A stretch of 64,000 bases of DNA. It comes from a virus. The translations under genes and the position numbers were made by a program. The number at the start of each line of letters is the position of its first letter. Positions within the stretch are counted from its first letter, which is position 1. A model generated the notes under the pieces. It had not been told where the DNA came from. It searched no databases and saw only the letters and a program-made list of their open reading frames with translations. The stretch is from the IMG/VR virus record IMGVR_UViG_3300027909_000018; one strand, written 5' to 3'. Below, piece by piece: positions 18,961 through 28,382 of the stretch.

Positions 18961-19332
18961 TTATTCGAGTGGCGCGAGCTCGCCGATCCAGTTCAGGGTG
19001 CCCTCGAGGGTGCCGTTAACGCTTTGCTGAAACGACACGGTCTCGAGCTTGCCGGTTCCGATGTAGTCCTTGCTACCGATCGGAATCTGCATCTTCACGA
19101 ATGCGCGGTTAGCGCAGTCCTGTTGAAACTCTTCTTCCGTGCCGCCCGCGGGGACAACGAAACCAACCTCGATCGAGCACTCGCCGCTACCGGGAGTGAA
19201 GCCGCCGAGACCCTCGTTCAGAAGGTCGACGCGCTGGTTACCGGAGGTCGTAGTGTGATTGATACTCGTAACCTGAGTGAGCAGGGAGTCATTGTAGAAG
19301 ACCCCGAGTCTGCCATAATCCTGCATAGCCAC
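18961..19332 (-). CDS. Tail tube protein
   Basis: 123 aa directly after sheath; GFTPGSGECSIEVGFVVP. Confidence 0.8.
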   Translation of the reverse strand: MAMQDYGRLGVFYNDSLLTQVTSINHTTTSGNQRVDLLNEGLGGFTPGSGECSIEVGFVVPAGGTEEEFQQDCANRAFVKMQIPIGSKDYIGTGKLETVSFQQSVNGTLEGTLNWIGELAPLE

Positions 19333-19348
19333 TTGGAATCAATCTCCC

Positions 19349-20893
19349 TTAACCGGTGGAAACTTCCGCGGCTCTCAATGTGAGTTGATGCGCGTGATCG
19401 ATCGCCCGGATGTCCAACCCCGCCTCGAGCCGCCCGCTGTTCACGGGGCTCTTAACAACGCGGACACTAGCCTTCGAGGCTTCCGCCTCTTGCAGCTTCT
19501 CGGCGTCGACGAAATCCTGAATGCGCTTTTTGAGTGTCGGCGCGTAGCTCGAGGGAGTGATCACGCCACGGCGCAAACGCTGGACCGGGTTGACCTGTCC
19601 GTTCGCCAACCGCTCGTCGTCGGAGAGTTTCTTTTGCGCGTGGTTGAGCGCCCAGTCGATCAGCGTCTCGTCAACGAACTCGTCGGCAACGGACACGCGG
19701 TGTGTCTCGGTCGCGCGGAAGTCGTCAACCGTACCGGTCGAGTTCTTCGAACGGGTGTTGACCGACATGACCACGTAAGCCGTGGTGTCGTTGGTCGCAA
19801 CCACGGTAACGCCATCATTGATGGCGTCGCTCTGCTCGTCGGGGTCGGGCCAGTCGGCGGGGTTGAACGCTCGCTTAAGCATGGGCCCGGTCGTCGAGTC
19901 GAAGTTCTTCGCCGTGTCGACGCCCTCGCCCTCTTGACGCTTGGCGGCCCACCAACCGGCGAGCTCGGCACAGTCGTGGTCCGAGTTGGCTTGGTTGATG
20001 AGGTTCAGCCGTTCGTAGTTCCGGCCCGTCGCCAGCGTTACCGCGGCGGCTTGCGTGCCTACGTAGGCCACGATACCGATCGACCGATAGCCACGCTTAG
20101 GCGCCGACTTGGTCGTGATGTGCGTCTGGAGGTTCGTGTAGTACGTGGCGGTGTTGCCACTAGAAACGATGTAGTACTTACGTACCGAGTCGATCGTCGA
20201 AAGAGCCGTCAGGAACGAGGCGGGCTCGGTCGTTGTTCCGTCGGCCCCGGCAACCACCGCGCCGAGGTGTGTCGAAACCGTGAGGGTCGTGCCCACACCC
20301 GCCGTGATGCTGCCGCGGGTACCAATTACTCGTACAGTCGCCGTGCCCTGGCTCGCGCCGAGCAGCTTGGCGGTAAGGGTTACCGTTCCCGTGACGTTGG
20401 CGGCCGTGACCGGCAGCCAGGTTTTGCCGTTGATTGCCTCGACGAGTCCGTCGCCGATGTTAGTCGGGGTCTCGCCACTCTCGAACGTGTAGGAGCAGTC
20501 TTCGCCACAGATGGTCACCGTAGCGATGCCGGTTCCCGTAGCGGTCGTGGCCAGCACGGCCGTTGCGGTTGCCGCTACCGGCGAGCCGCCGGAAGTTTCA
20601 GCAACGGGCAGCGCCCAAACCTTGGCGTCCTTGTTCTCCTGGAGAAAGATGCGTGCGGCTCGGTGCAACGGCGAACCGTTGCCGGCGCCCGCGGAAACCT
20701 CGGCCTCGTTTGCGATCGGACCGTAGAGAGTCGCCGCCGTCCAGCTGCCCGAGCTGAGCTTGGGCATAACGAACACGACCTCGCGAGTGCCGGCCGCGGC
20801 GGAGGCGGGACCCTGTGCGAATACGATCTCTGCGTATGCGCCGGGGGTTTTGAAATCCGGCCCGATGCCGGTGATCGGGATTAATGCGCCCAT
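19349..20893 (-). CDS. Tail sheath protein (Mu gpL-like)
   Basis: KTPGAYAEIVF, GAGNGSPLHRAAR motifs; 514 aa. Confidence 0.9.
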   Translation of the reverse strand: MGALIPITGIGPDFKTPGAYAEIVFAQGPASAAAGTREVVFVMPKLSSGSWTAATLYGPIANEAEVSAGAGNGSPLHRAARIFLQENKDAKVWALPVAETSGGSPVAATATAVLATTATGTGIATVTICGEDCSYTFESGETPTNIGDGLVEAINGKTWLPVTAANVTGTVTLTAKLLGASQGTATVRVIGTRGSITAGVGTTLTVSTHLGAVVAGADGTTTEPASFLTALSTIDSVRKYYIVSSGNTATYYTNLQTHITTKSAPKRGYRSIGIVAYVGTQAAAVTLATGRNYERLNLINQANSDHDCAELAGWWAAKRQEGEGVDTAKNFDSTTGPMLKRAFNPADWPDPDEQSDAINDGVTVVATNDTTAYVVMSVNTRSKNSTGTVDDFRATETHRVSVADEFVDETLIDWALNHAQKKLSDDERLANGQVNPVQRLRRGVITPSSYAPTLKKRIQDFVDAEKLQEAEASKASVRVVKSPVNSGRLEAGLDIRAIDHAHQLTLRAAEVSTG

Positions 20894-20896
20894 GTG

Positions 20897-21301
20897 TTAA
20901 GCGGATTCCTTCGGCCAGGCTTTGGCCATGTCGCGGATCTCTTTCGCGCCGCGCTTGCCCTGCTCGACAATCACGGCAACCGGAGCCCGCTCACCCCAGG
21001 CGCCGTCCTTCAATTCGATATCTACGAAATCAACTTGGCAGTACTCGGCCGTCTCGCGGTCGGCGGCGTACAGAACGCCACGACGACACTGCTTTGCGAG
21101 TGCACACGCGGCGGGACTGTCCGCCTCACACTCGTGCGGCTCTTTAGTTGCCGGGTAAGACGCGGGCTCAATCACGACGCCCTTAGCGTCTTTCTTAGCC
21201 GGAATGAACTTGCGACCGACACGCCGAACCGGCTGGCCCTTTGAGGGCAAGACGCCGGGGACGTTGACTAAGAGGTCGGCCTTAGCGTGGAACTTAAGCA
21301 T
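20897..21301 (-). CDS. Hypothetical protein preceding sheath
   Basis: ATG with AAGGGTGAG RBS; operon packing. Confidence 0.65.
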   Translation of the reverse strand: MLKFHAKADLLVNVPGVLPSKGQPVRRVGRKFIPAKKDAKGVVIEPASYPATKEPHECEADSPAACALAKQCRRGVLYAADRETAEYCQVDFVDIELKDGAWGERAPVAVIVEQGKRGAKEIRDMAKAWPKESA

Positions 21302-21319
21302 GTGGACTCACCCTTGAAC

Positions 21320-21393
21320 TGGTAGCGGACCCGAGAATTGCACTCGGAATAACGGGTTATGAGCCCGTTGTGATGCTGTTTCACTAATCCGCA
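21320..21393 (-). tRNA. Atypical initiator-like tRNA-Met (CAT)
   Basis: Hand-folded cloverleaf: acceptor TGCGGAT/GTCCGCT (1:72 mismatch), D stem GTGA/TCAC, anticodon arm ACGGG-CTCATAA-CCCGT, T arm CCGAG-TGCAATT-CTCGG, 3' ACCA. Confidence 0.75.
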
Positions 21394-21397
21394 ACAG

Positions 21398-21473
21398 TGG
21401 CTGCGGGGGCTGGACTCGAACCAGCGCAAACGCGGTTAACAGCCGCGGACTCTGCCAACTGAGCTACCCCGCA
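21398..21473 (-). tRNA. trnN: tRNA-Asn (GTT)
   Basis: TGCGGGGTAGCTCAGTTGGCAGAGT...CTGTTAA...GGTTCGAGTCC...CCCCGCAGCCA; canonical loops, U1-A72, G73, encoded CCA. Confidence 0.95.
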
Positions 21474-21489
21474 TTGTGATTTGGGGTAT

Positions 21490-21939
21490 TCATTTAAAAG
21501 CCTTAGCCGCGCGAGCCATTCCACTCTCGAGATTGGCGCCGGCTACACGCGCCGCGGCTTGCGTTGCGCGGTAGAGAAACCGGTAAGGTCGGTTTCCGGG
21601 ATGCTGCACCGTCTTACGGAACATGAGCTTTCCGCCGACGATAAAGCGTAGGTTCTTGGCTCGCCGCGCCGTGATGGTGTGTGGCTTAGCCCCGAGGTCG
21701 ATGGCGGCGGCGTACTTGCGTGCGTTAGACAGCCGGACACGGAACCCGCCTTTGGATGTGCGGATTACCTGTCCCTTAGTGGACTTCTCTAGCTTGTGTG
21801 TCCGGTGTGTGAAGGTCGCGTGCTTACCGGGGTGAGCCTCGCCAACCTTAGCGGCGGCCTCGAGCTCCGTCCGCACCATAGCGTTATGTGCGTTAAGGAA
21901 CCGCTTATGCGACGCCTTGACCTTGCCGAGGTTGATCAT
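21490..21939 (-). CDS. HK97 gp10/Mu gpG-like neck/tail completion protein
   Basis: T..LEKS...KYAAAIDLG..PH...VQHPG..PYRFL pattern. Confidence 0.7.
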   Translation of the reverse strand: MINLGKVKASHKRFLNAHNAMVRTELEAAAKVGEAHPGKHATFTHRTHKLEKSTKGQVIRTSKGGFRVRLSNARKYAAAIDLGAKPHTITARRAKNLRFIVGGKLMFRKTVQHPGNRPYRFLYRATQAAARVAGANLESGMARAAKAFK

Positions 21940-22087
21940 CGCGCTCTTCGAGCTTTGCCCTTAGCTTGAACACCTCGGACTGCAGGCGTTCGGACCTGGT
22001 GCTGGGGCTAAGCCATTTGGTCTCGAACCGCTCAAGCAACCGCGTGCGCTTGGCTTCCATGTCGTCCATGGTCTCGCCAACGACCAA
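21905..22087 (-). CDS. Small hypothetical protein
   Basis: Short helical ORF in operon gap. Confidence 0.4.
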   Translation of the reverse strand: MVVGETMDDMEAKRTRLLERFETKWLSPSTRSERLQSEVFKLRAKLEERDDQPRQGQGVA

Positions 22088-22126
22088 TTGGCAGGTTATG
22101 AAAGCCCTCGTCTGCCCGTCGATAAT

Positions 22127-22285
22127 TCAGATTCGAATGTTGTATGCGTTGGCGCTGAACTCTTGCAGCGCAGCGTCAGCGAATGCTCCGTAATCGACCT
22201 TAACGGCGTTCTTACCGGAACTCGGAAAGTCACGCGGTGTGATGTCTACGACTACGGGAAACTTTTGGTACTCGCGAATGCGCAT
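22127..22285 (-). CDS. 52-aa hypothetical protein (not in ORF track)
   Basis: Hand translation MRIREYQKFPVVVDITPRDFPSSGKNAVKVDYGAFADAALQEFSANAYNIRI, starting 3 nt after upstream stop. Confidence 0.5.
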   Translation of the reverse strand: MRIREYQKFPVVVDITPRDFPSSGKNAVKVDYGAFADAALQEFSANAYNIRI

Positions 22286-22288
22286 CTC

Positions 22289-23065
22289 TCACCCATACTG
22301 ATACGGGTCCGCTTCCGAATCGCCCTGGATAAGCGAGGGCAGAATCTCGTCTTGGCTCCCCACGCCCACGTCGATCTCGAGCCCCTTGCCCTCTTCGAAT
22401 TGATCCGTCTTGTCCGTGCAGCGCTCGACGGTCTCGAGGGTCAGCGTGATCGCGTAGTAGACGGGGCCGCCCTCGCCCGCGAATTGAGCTTGGCCCGGAC
22501 CCTCTTGGCTCTTGAGCTCAATGCTCGCGATTGAGGTTGTATCGTCGAAAAACTGCAGCGCGCCGGACTGGTAAGCCCGATGCCCGCGGTCCCGGATGAC
22601 CATCCGGATAATCTTCGCCGCGGCCGTCAAGGCGTCGACGAACTTGCGGGCGTCGCCCACGTCCAAGCCCGGGGCCAGGATGTAGTGAACGAGCCACTGT
22701 TGCGTGAGCCGCTCTTCCTGCAGCGTGACCTGCTCGTAAGTCCCGGTCCCGGTGCGGTGCACAACGAGTAGCGGCCAATCGGCCTTCCACTCCTTGATTA
22801 CCGTCGGGGACGGCTCAAGCTCTAGCGTCGACTCGACCGGCTCGGTATCCTTGAGAATGTGGTCGGCAACCAGGCCGGCCCCGTTCGTCAAGCCGACCAG
22901 CTTGTCCCAAACCTCGCCGAGTTCGGCGTTGATGGCGGCTTTGAAGAGCTCGGTTAGCGTGTGCTTCGCCGGGTCTAACGGCGAAAGCCCGTCGGTAAAG
23001 TCGTCCGGGTTTAGCGGTAGGTCGAGAGCCCCGAACTTCTGGTAAGCCGAGTTAGCAAGTGTCAC
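22289..23065 (-). CDS. Tail terminator/neck protein
   Basis: WPLLVVHRTG...WLVHYIL...YAITLTLETVE; neck-module position. Confidence 0.55.
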   Translation of the reverse strand: MTLANSAYQKFGALDLPLNPDDFTDGLSPLDPAKHTLTELFKAAINAELGEVWDKLVGLTNGAGLVADHILKDTEPVESTLELEPSPTVIKEWKADWPLLVVHRTGTGTYEQVTLQEERLTQQWLVHYILAPGLDVGDARKFVDALTAAAKIIRMVIRDRGHRAYQSGALQFFDDTTSIASIELKSQEGPGQAQFAGEGGPVYYAITLTLETVERCTDKTDQFEEGKGLEIDVGVGSQDEILPSLIQGDSEADPYQYG

Positions 23066-23502
23066 TTATCGGCGATCGGGGAGAGTGTGAGTGTGTAGTG
23101 CAGGGCCCGGTCACTCGTTGCGGAAACGAGCTGGTAACGCGCGCCCGTCGGAAACTCAGGGCCCGTCACGATGTAGAGCAACGTCGAGCCGTCCTGCGCG
23201 CCCTGTTGGGTCAGCGTCGAGAACGGGGAGCCGGCCGGGTCGGGAGTGATAGGCCCGACCGTGAGGGAGCCTCGGACCAAACCGCCTAGCGCCGTCTGTT
23301 CCTCGTTCAGGAACCGGACCTTGGGGTTTTGCCCGTTGGCCTCGAGTATCGGCGTCACCGTGACGGTTTCGACGCCGTCGCCGACGTGGTCGCCGGCCCA
23401 GGTGGAGAGGCGGATGGAGACGGAATATGGTCTGATGCCGAGTTGACCCGGTATTGCCCGCGCATTGTAAGCGAGGGTTTTGAGCGAGTCGGCGAAACTC
23501 AT
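23062..23502 (-). CDS. Head closure/stopper-like protein
   Basis: Neck-module position, beta-rich 146 aa. Confidence 0.5.
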   Translation of the reverse strand: MSFADSLKTLAYNARAIPGQLGIRPYSVSIRLSTWAGDHVGDGVETVTVTPILEANGQNPKVRFLNEEQTALGGLVRGSLTVGPITPDPAGSPFSTLTQQGAQDGSTLLYIVTGPEFPTGARYQLVSATSDRALHYTLTLSPIADK

Positions 23503-24095
23503 CAGTAGACGGCTAGTCGTGCTCCGCCGCGGCTAGCCCACATGTTAGGAATACCAAGCGCGGAAGCGAGCTCGTTGCGCCAGTGCGTGAGTTGGTCGCC
23601 TAGCATGCCGAACTGGGTGCTAGCGCCGGACTGGTACCACTCGATCTCATCGACCTTCTTGAGTGCGCCCGTACCAAACACCGTCGAGAGCTGCGTTTTG
23701 ACCTCTCGAATCCGGTTGAGAATCTCCCGGACGATCGACTCACCACCCTCGACGAGAACCGGGTAGGTGCCCGTATGGGCTTTGCTCAGAACGAGTGTGA
23801 TCGTCGATCCCGAGACGGCTCGGATCGTCGAAATCTCCTGGAACGAGTCGACGTCGACAACCGCGCGGTCGAATGCGGAGAACCCGGCGGCGCTTGCAAG
23901 CGTGATCGTGACAACCGCGGGCGTTGTCGACGCTACTACCGCCGTCGAGCTGGTTGTGGAAGCGCCCGACTCTAGAAACGGCTGGATAATCTGCTCAAAC
24001 GCTTGGGTTACGCCTATCCAGTAGGCGGCGTCGGCGTTAAGGAGATTAAATCCGAGCTCGTACCTTATCCGCAGAACCTCACTGTCGGTTAGCAC
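23502..24095 (-). CDS. Head-tail adaptor protein
   Basis: MLTDSEVLRIRYELG... and LKKVDEIEWY motifs. Confidence 0.6.
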   Translation of the reverse strand: MLTDSEVLRIRYELGFNLLNADAAYWIGVTQAFEQIIQPFLESGASTTSSTAVVASTTPAVVTITLASAAGFSAFDRAVVDVDSFQEISTIRAVSGSTITLVLSKAHTGTYPVLVEGGESIVREILNRIREVKTQLSTVFGTGALKKVDEIEWYQSGASTQFGMLGDQLTHWRNELASALGIPNMWASRGGARLAVY

Positions 24096-24101
24096 GGCGG
24101 G

Positions 24102-24965
24102 TTACTCCCGCCCGCCACCTGCGTCAACCTGCCGGTAGCTGTAAGCGATTGAGTACGTATCGTTATCGGTACCCGTCACAACGCCAATCACAATCGAGCA
24201 ACGCGCGTAGCGGTATCCGTAAGCGCTCGGCGGAGCCGGAATCGCCTTGGTAACCGCCGCGTCGGAGCCCGACGTTCCCGTAGCAAGCGCAACGCCGGCC
24301 GGGTTCTGGGGCTCGTGCGCCAAGTCAAACCAAGTCGACTTGTCGTCCGAGCCTTGCCACTTTGCCGTCGTTGTGATCGTGTCGGTTTCGGCGTCAACCG
24401 TAACCAGCGCGGAGACGAAGGTTACTTTCTGGTTGATCCCGCCCATGAACAGGGCGTTACCGTTGACCTGTCCGGCGGGCGCGACGCCCGTTGCGGTACC
24501 CGTGAGCAGGTGCTTGGCAAACTGGACGTGACCGTCCGTGCTCTCGCCCTTGTCGAGCTGGCGATAGTTGTATGCGATCGAATAAGTGTCGTTGTTGGTT
24601 CCGGTCACGACGCCGACCGTAACGGCGGCGCGCGCGAACCGGTAGCCGTAGATCGCCTCGGGAGCCGGGATGGTTTTGGTAACCGCGGCGTCGGCGCCCG
24701 CGGTACCGGTAGCCAACACAACCGCGGCCGGGTTCTGCGGCGCATGCGCGACGTCGAACCAGGTCCCGATCTTGTCGGCTACCTGCCACTTTGCTGCCAG
24801 CGTGATCGTATTTGTCTCGGCGTCAACCGTGACGAGCGCCGACGCATGCTCCTTGTCGAGCCAGGACGGGCCGATGAACAGCGCATTGCCGTTGACCTGC
24901 CCGCCGGGGGCAACCCCGGTAGCGTTTCCGGAAGCAGCGTGAGCGTTAAACCTAAGGTAACCCAA
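24102..24965 (-). CDS. Putative capsid decoration protein with two tandem ~130-aa domains
   Basis: Internal duplication (ATGVAP.GQVNGNALF...VTVDAET.TIT..AKWQ...YSIAY.YRQ); immediately after MCP. Confidence 0.6.
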   Translation of the reverse strand: MGYLRFNAHAASGNATGVAPGGQVNGNALFIGPSWLDKEHASALVTVDAETNTITLAAKWQVADKIGTWFDVAHAPQNPAAVVLATGTAGADAAVTKTIPAPEAIYGYRFARAAVTVGVVTGTNNDTYSIAYNYRQLDKGESTDGHVQFAKHLLTGTATGVAPAGQVNGNALFMGGINQKVTFVSALVTVDAETDTITTTAKWQGSDDKSTWFDLAHEPQNPAGVALATGTSGSDAAVTKAIPAPPSAYGYRYARCSIVIGVVTGTDNDTYSIAYSYRQVDAGGGRE

Positions 24966-24998
24966 GACGATAGCCCTTTCGGGTAATAAAGGCGCTAA

Positions 24999-26090
24999 TT
25001 AGGCGCTGGACGAGACGAGGCGGACGAACGTGTTGTTAGCAAGACCGAACGCGAGGTCGGCGAGCCAGATGGTCAAGCACGTTTCGCCGTAGTTATCGTT
25101 AGTGTTCGGCGCGATGCGCGGCCGACGACCCATGCCGGCGAGCAATGCGCCCGGGGCAATAGCGTGTCCGCGGTAGATCGTAACGCTCGAGGAGTTCGAC
25201 GCCGTTGTGAGAGTCGTGCTCTTGAAGATGTGGAACTTGTTGACGCTCGCCACGTAGCCCGGGAACAGGATCGAGTACTGCGGAAACACCTGCGCGGCGC
25301 GTTGGTATTGCCGATCGTTCTTGAGCTGCGCGAGCTGCGTCGGATGCAGCACGAGGACGCGGAAGCCGTCCGCCAGGGTCGGCAGGTTGGCGTCGTCCAT
25401 GTTCTTCTCGACACGAACCATCTGCTCGTAGGTGAACGGGAACGAGCCGGCCGCCGTCGCGTCGTTATCCGCCGACATGCCTTCGGGGTAGTCGGTAGCG
25501 GAGGCGAGGTTCAGGAGGTCGCGCGGAACCGCGTCGCAGAAAGCGTGGAAGTCGCGCTTGTGATGCGTGCCGACAATCGACGCGGCGCGATGAACGCCGG
25601 TCTGCGCGTCGAACGCCTCGATCGCGAACGGAGCCACGCGGCTGTTGGCCGAGTCGTACGGGCCGCCGTAACGGAACAGCGTGAGGTTAGTCTGCGCGCC
25701 GCTCGGCGTGATACCGGTCGTCGAGATGGTCGACCCGCTCGGAATGCGTCGCGAAAGCTCGGTGTAGGTCGTGTTCGTGAAGACGGGCCGGTTGATTCGG
25801 ACCGTGTTACCGGGCTTGCCGGAGAAGTCGACCTTAGCCGCGACGAGCTCGCCGGGAAGGCTCGAGCCCTGCAGCATGAGCCGATCGCGCTCGGGCTGCG
25901 CGTACTGTGCGCCCGCGCCGCCGACGCCACGTCCGGGCAAGCCCAGCTCGCCGGGAACGGAGAGGCTCAGCGACAGCGCGCCAAGGAAGAAATCGGCATA
26001 CAGAAACTGCGGCTCCGGGGCCGTCAAGAGCATGTCGCTCGTGATGTCGTAGAAATTGGACGGGTAGTCGGCGCGGCTAAAAGCGGGCAT
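24999..26090 (-). CDS. Major capsid protein
   Basis: 363 aa after scaffold; GKPGNTVRINRP and FRVLVLHPTQLAQLKND HK97-fold features. Confidence 0.85.
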   Translation of the reverse strand: MPAFSRADYPSNFYDITSDMLLTAPEPQFLYADFFLGALSLSLSVPGELGLPGRGVGGAGAQYAQPERDRLMLQGSSLPGELVAAKVDFSGKPGNTVRINRPVFTNTTYTELSRRIPSGSTISTTGITPSGAQTNLTLFRYGGPYDSANSRVAPFAIEAFDAQTGVHRAASIVGTHHKRDFHAFCDAVPRDLLNLASATDYPEGMSADNDATAAGSFPFTYEQMVRVEKNMDDANLPTLADGFRVLVLHPTQLAQLKNDRQYQRAAQVFPQYSILFPGYVASVNKFHIFKSTTLTTASNSSSVTIYRGHAIAPGALLAGMGRRPRIAPNTNDNYGETCLTIWLADLAFGLANNTFVRLVSSSA

Positions 26091-26130
26091 TGATTATCCT
26101 TGACGTTTGCGCTCCGACTAGTTTCCGGAG

Positions 26131-26784
26131 CTACTGCTTGATTTCGTAGGCCGCCGGGTTGGCTTGGCCGTAAGCGGCTGCTGCAAACGGATTTTTCTCC
26201 GCTAGCGCCGTGTAGTTGGTTCGATGGTCCGGCGGTGCGCCGGGAGAGGTTGCGGGGGGAGCTGTGGGCGGGGGCGCCGTGTTGGCGGGAGGGGCCGCGG
26301 CCGCCGCGATCTTCGCTAGCTCCGCTTCGTCCTTGGCCCACGTCGGGGCGAGGACCGTGATCGCCTGGAGCTGTGCCCCCGGGTCGTCGCCGGCAATCTT
26401 CTTAACCGCGGCTTGCTGGGCTTCCGTGAGCCCAACCATCATGCGCGCGGCGTACTCGGTCGTGATTGCGCTAAGCCGCTCGACCTGTTTCTTTGCGCTC
26501 TTGGCTTCGGCGGCGGCTTCGGCGGCTTTCTCGGCTACCGTTTTCGCCTCGTCCTCGGCCTTTTTAGCGGCGGCGATTGCCGCTTTCGCTTTGCTCGCGT
26601 CGTCGACGCCGAGCTCTTGGAGGACCTTGGCCCTCTCGGCTTCCGCGGCTCGGGCGAGTCGTTCGGGGAGCCATGCGGGGCTAGCTTCGTCCGCCCTGGC
26701 TTGCGCCGGCGGTGCGACAACTGGAGCTGGTACTGCAGGCGTCGCGGTAACAGCAGGGGTAACGGTCCCTTCAGCTTCGGGCAT
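26131..26784 (-). CDS. Capsid scaffolding protein
   Basis: Ala/Glu/Lys coiled coil with Pro-rich tail; AAGGAG RBS before ATG 26784. Confidence 0.75.
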   Translation of the reverse strand: MPEAEGTVTPAVTATPAVPAPVVAPPAQARADEASPAWLPERLARAAEAERAKVLQELGVDDASKAKAAIAAAKKAEDEAKTVAEKAAEAAAEAKSAKKQVERLSAITTEYAARMMVGLTEAQQAAVKKIAGDDPGAQLQAITVLAPTWAKDEAELAKIAAAAAPPANTAPPPTAPPATSPGAPPDHRTNYTALAEKNPFAAAAYGQANPAAYEIKQ

Positions 26785-26842
26785 GTTGCTCTCCTTCAAC
26801 CGTGTTTTTGCCGTCCCGTCGGACGTGTAGGAGTGCTCTGAC

Positions 26843-27787
26843 CTATGTTCTCGGACTCATCCCCAGCGCCGCGGTCAGATTGGCGGTGACTGGGTCGTAG
26901 ATTTTTCGAGTGGCGTAGAGGACGAGGGCGTCGACCACTAACCAGCAGAGGAGCCAGACGACGCGAGCGTCGACGGCGTAGTGCAGCGCTTGAGCTCTAA
27001 CGAAAACGTCGAGAGCTAGGACCGTGCGGATATTGTTGACCGGAGCAAGCCCGTGGAAGACGAGCAGGGCCAGGAGCGTGAACAGCACGTCAGGCCAAAC
27101 CATCGGCACAACGGACAGGAAACAAGCGACCGGCGATAACAACACCAGGTCAACTAGCAACCGGTGTGCGCCGCCACTCTGATGCTGCCGCGTGTACTCG
27201 GTAGCGTGCCCGCCGGAGGCGGCTCGCATCACGCGAAACCACTTGGGACCGACAACCAACCGGCAACCGATTAAGTACGCCACGCTTGCAAAAGCTAGCG
27301 AGGCGCCCAGCGGTAACAGCGCGTGCCCACCCAATAACCACGCAACCGCGAGCGCCGGGACCGCAAGCGCCGAAGCCTCGCGTAAAGCGAGTGCCCCGAA
27401 CACGCAAGCGGCTAAGCCCGTAGGCTCCCCACGAGAGGCGAACCCGAGACCCAGGATAGTGAGCAACGCGACCGGCGCGTCAACCCACACTCGGCGAGCC
27501 GTAATCCAGAGAAGCGGCGAAGAGACGAGAAGCGGAAGCGACCACCACGGCAGGCCAAACGCCCACCACGCGGCCGGCGCAATCGCTAGCGCCGAGGCTA
27601 CCGGAACCGCAAGCGGAGCCCGTAGCGTGAGCCGCAACGCGAGCAACCACAGCCAACGAATCGGCGACGGGTAGTGTCTAGCGTCGGCGTTTTCGAGAAA
27701 CCGGTCGGCGTTAAGCCGAAACCCGCGACCGATACCGTGTTGCGCAAGTGCTCGAGCATGTCCGAGGTAGACGCGCTCGTCAGTCAC
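26843..27787 (-). CDS. Polytopic membrane protein, GT-C (ArnT/PMT-like) glycosyltransferase candidate
   Basis: Many hydrophobic segments; N-terminal DE dyad (TDERVY); ARRVWVDAPVA. Confidence 0.5.
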   Translation of the reverse strand: MTDERVYLGHARALAQHGIGRGFRLNADRFLENADARHYPSPIRWLWLLALRLTLRAPLAVPVASALAIAPAAWWAFGLPWWSLPLLVSSPLLWITARRVWVDAPVALLTILGLGFASRGEPTGLAACVFGALALREASALAVPALAVAWLLGGHALLPLGASLAFASVAYLIGCRLVVGPKWFRVMRAASGGHATEYTRQHQSGGAHRLLVDLVLLSPVACFLSVVPMVWPDVLFTLLALLVFHGLAPVNNIRTVLALDVFVRAQALHYAVDARVVWLLCWLVVDALVLYATRKIYDPVTANLTAALGMSPRT

Positions 27788-28382
27788 GGCGAAACACTCC
27801 GAGTGTCATAGTCTCGGGGTTCGTCTTGTCGCCCGGGAGACGGGCGAACGGTAGCGACTCGTCGCGCCAGCCCTTGGCTAGCAGGTACCCGCAACAGAGC
27901 TCGGGTACCGAAAAGTCGCGATCGTCGAATATGAAAAGCTTGGTTCGGGGCGAGGCGTCGACTAGGCGCGTAAAGCGCATCTGCTCGCCGCCGTGGTCGC
28001 CGTCGTAGAATACGACGTCGTAGCCGTCGACGCTTGTGAACGTCTCGCTACGCGCAAACAGCGGCGTTACGCGGGGGTCGTCGAAGTGCTCCGCCATGTT
28101 GCGGAGAAAGTCTTGCGGTTCGGTCTTGCCCACCCACTGGTCGGCGCAATGCGCGTCTAGCGTGTCGAGGAGCCAGTCGCCGCACCCGCCCTGCAGCGCG
28201 TGAACAATCCCACACGTAGACAGACCGTGGTAGTGGCCGATTTCTAGAACTCTTAGCGTACCGCTGGCGTCGGCGTAAGCGAGAAAGACGAGCCGCATCA
28301 GCTCGTCGAGCTCAGCCACACTGAGCAGCCCATGCTGGCCGCCCCAGATGGCGCCGAGCTTCTTGATCTGCGCGGCGTTCAC
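27780..28382 (-). CDS. Class I SAM-dependent methyltransferase (Methyltransf_24-like)
   Basis: LRVLEIGHYHGLST motif I; YDVVFYDGDH. Confidence 0.8.
   Translation of the reverse strand: MNAAQIKKLGAIWGGQHGLLSVAELDELMRLVFLAYADASGTLRVLEIGHYHGLSTCGIVHALQGGCGDWLLDTLDAHCADQWVGKTEPQDFLRNMAEHFDDPRVTPLFARSETFTSVDGYDVVFYDGDHGGEQMRFTRLVDASPRTKLFIFDDRDFSVPELCCGYLLAKGWRDESLPFARLPGDKTNPETMTLGVFRRD

Noticed and set aside
19385-20884. Long antisense ORFs (also 25164..26093 and 15083..15511)
   Set aside because: Shadows of GC-rich codon usage in sheath, capsid and other genes; composition is not protein-like.
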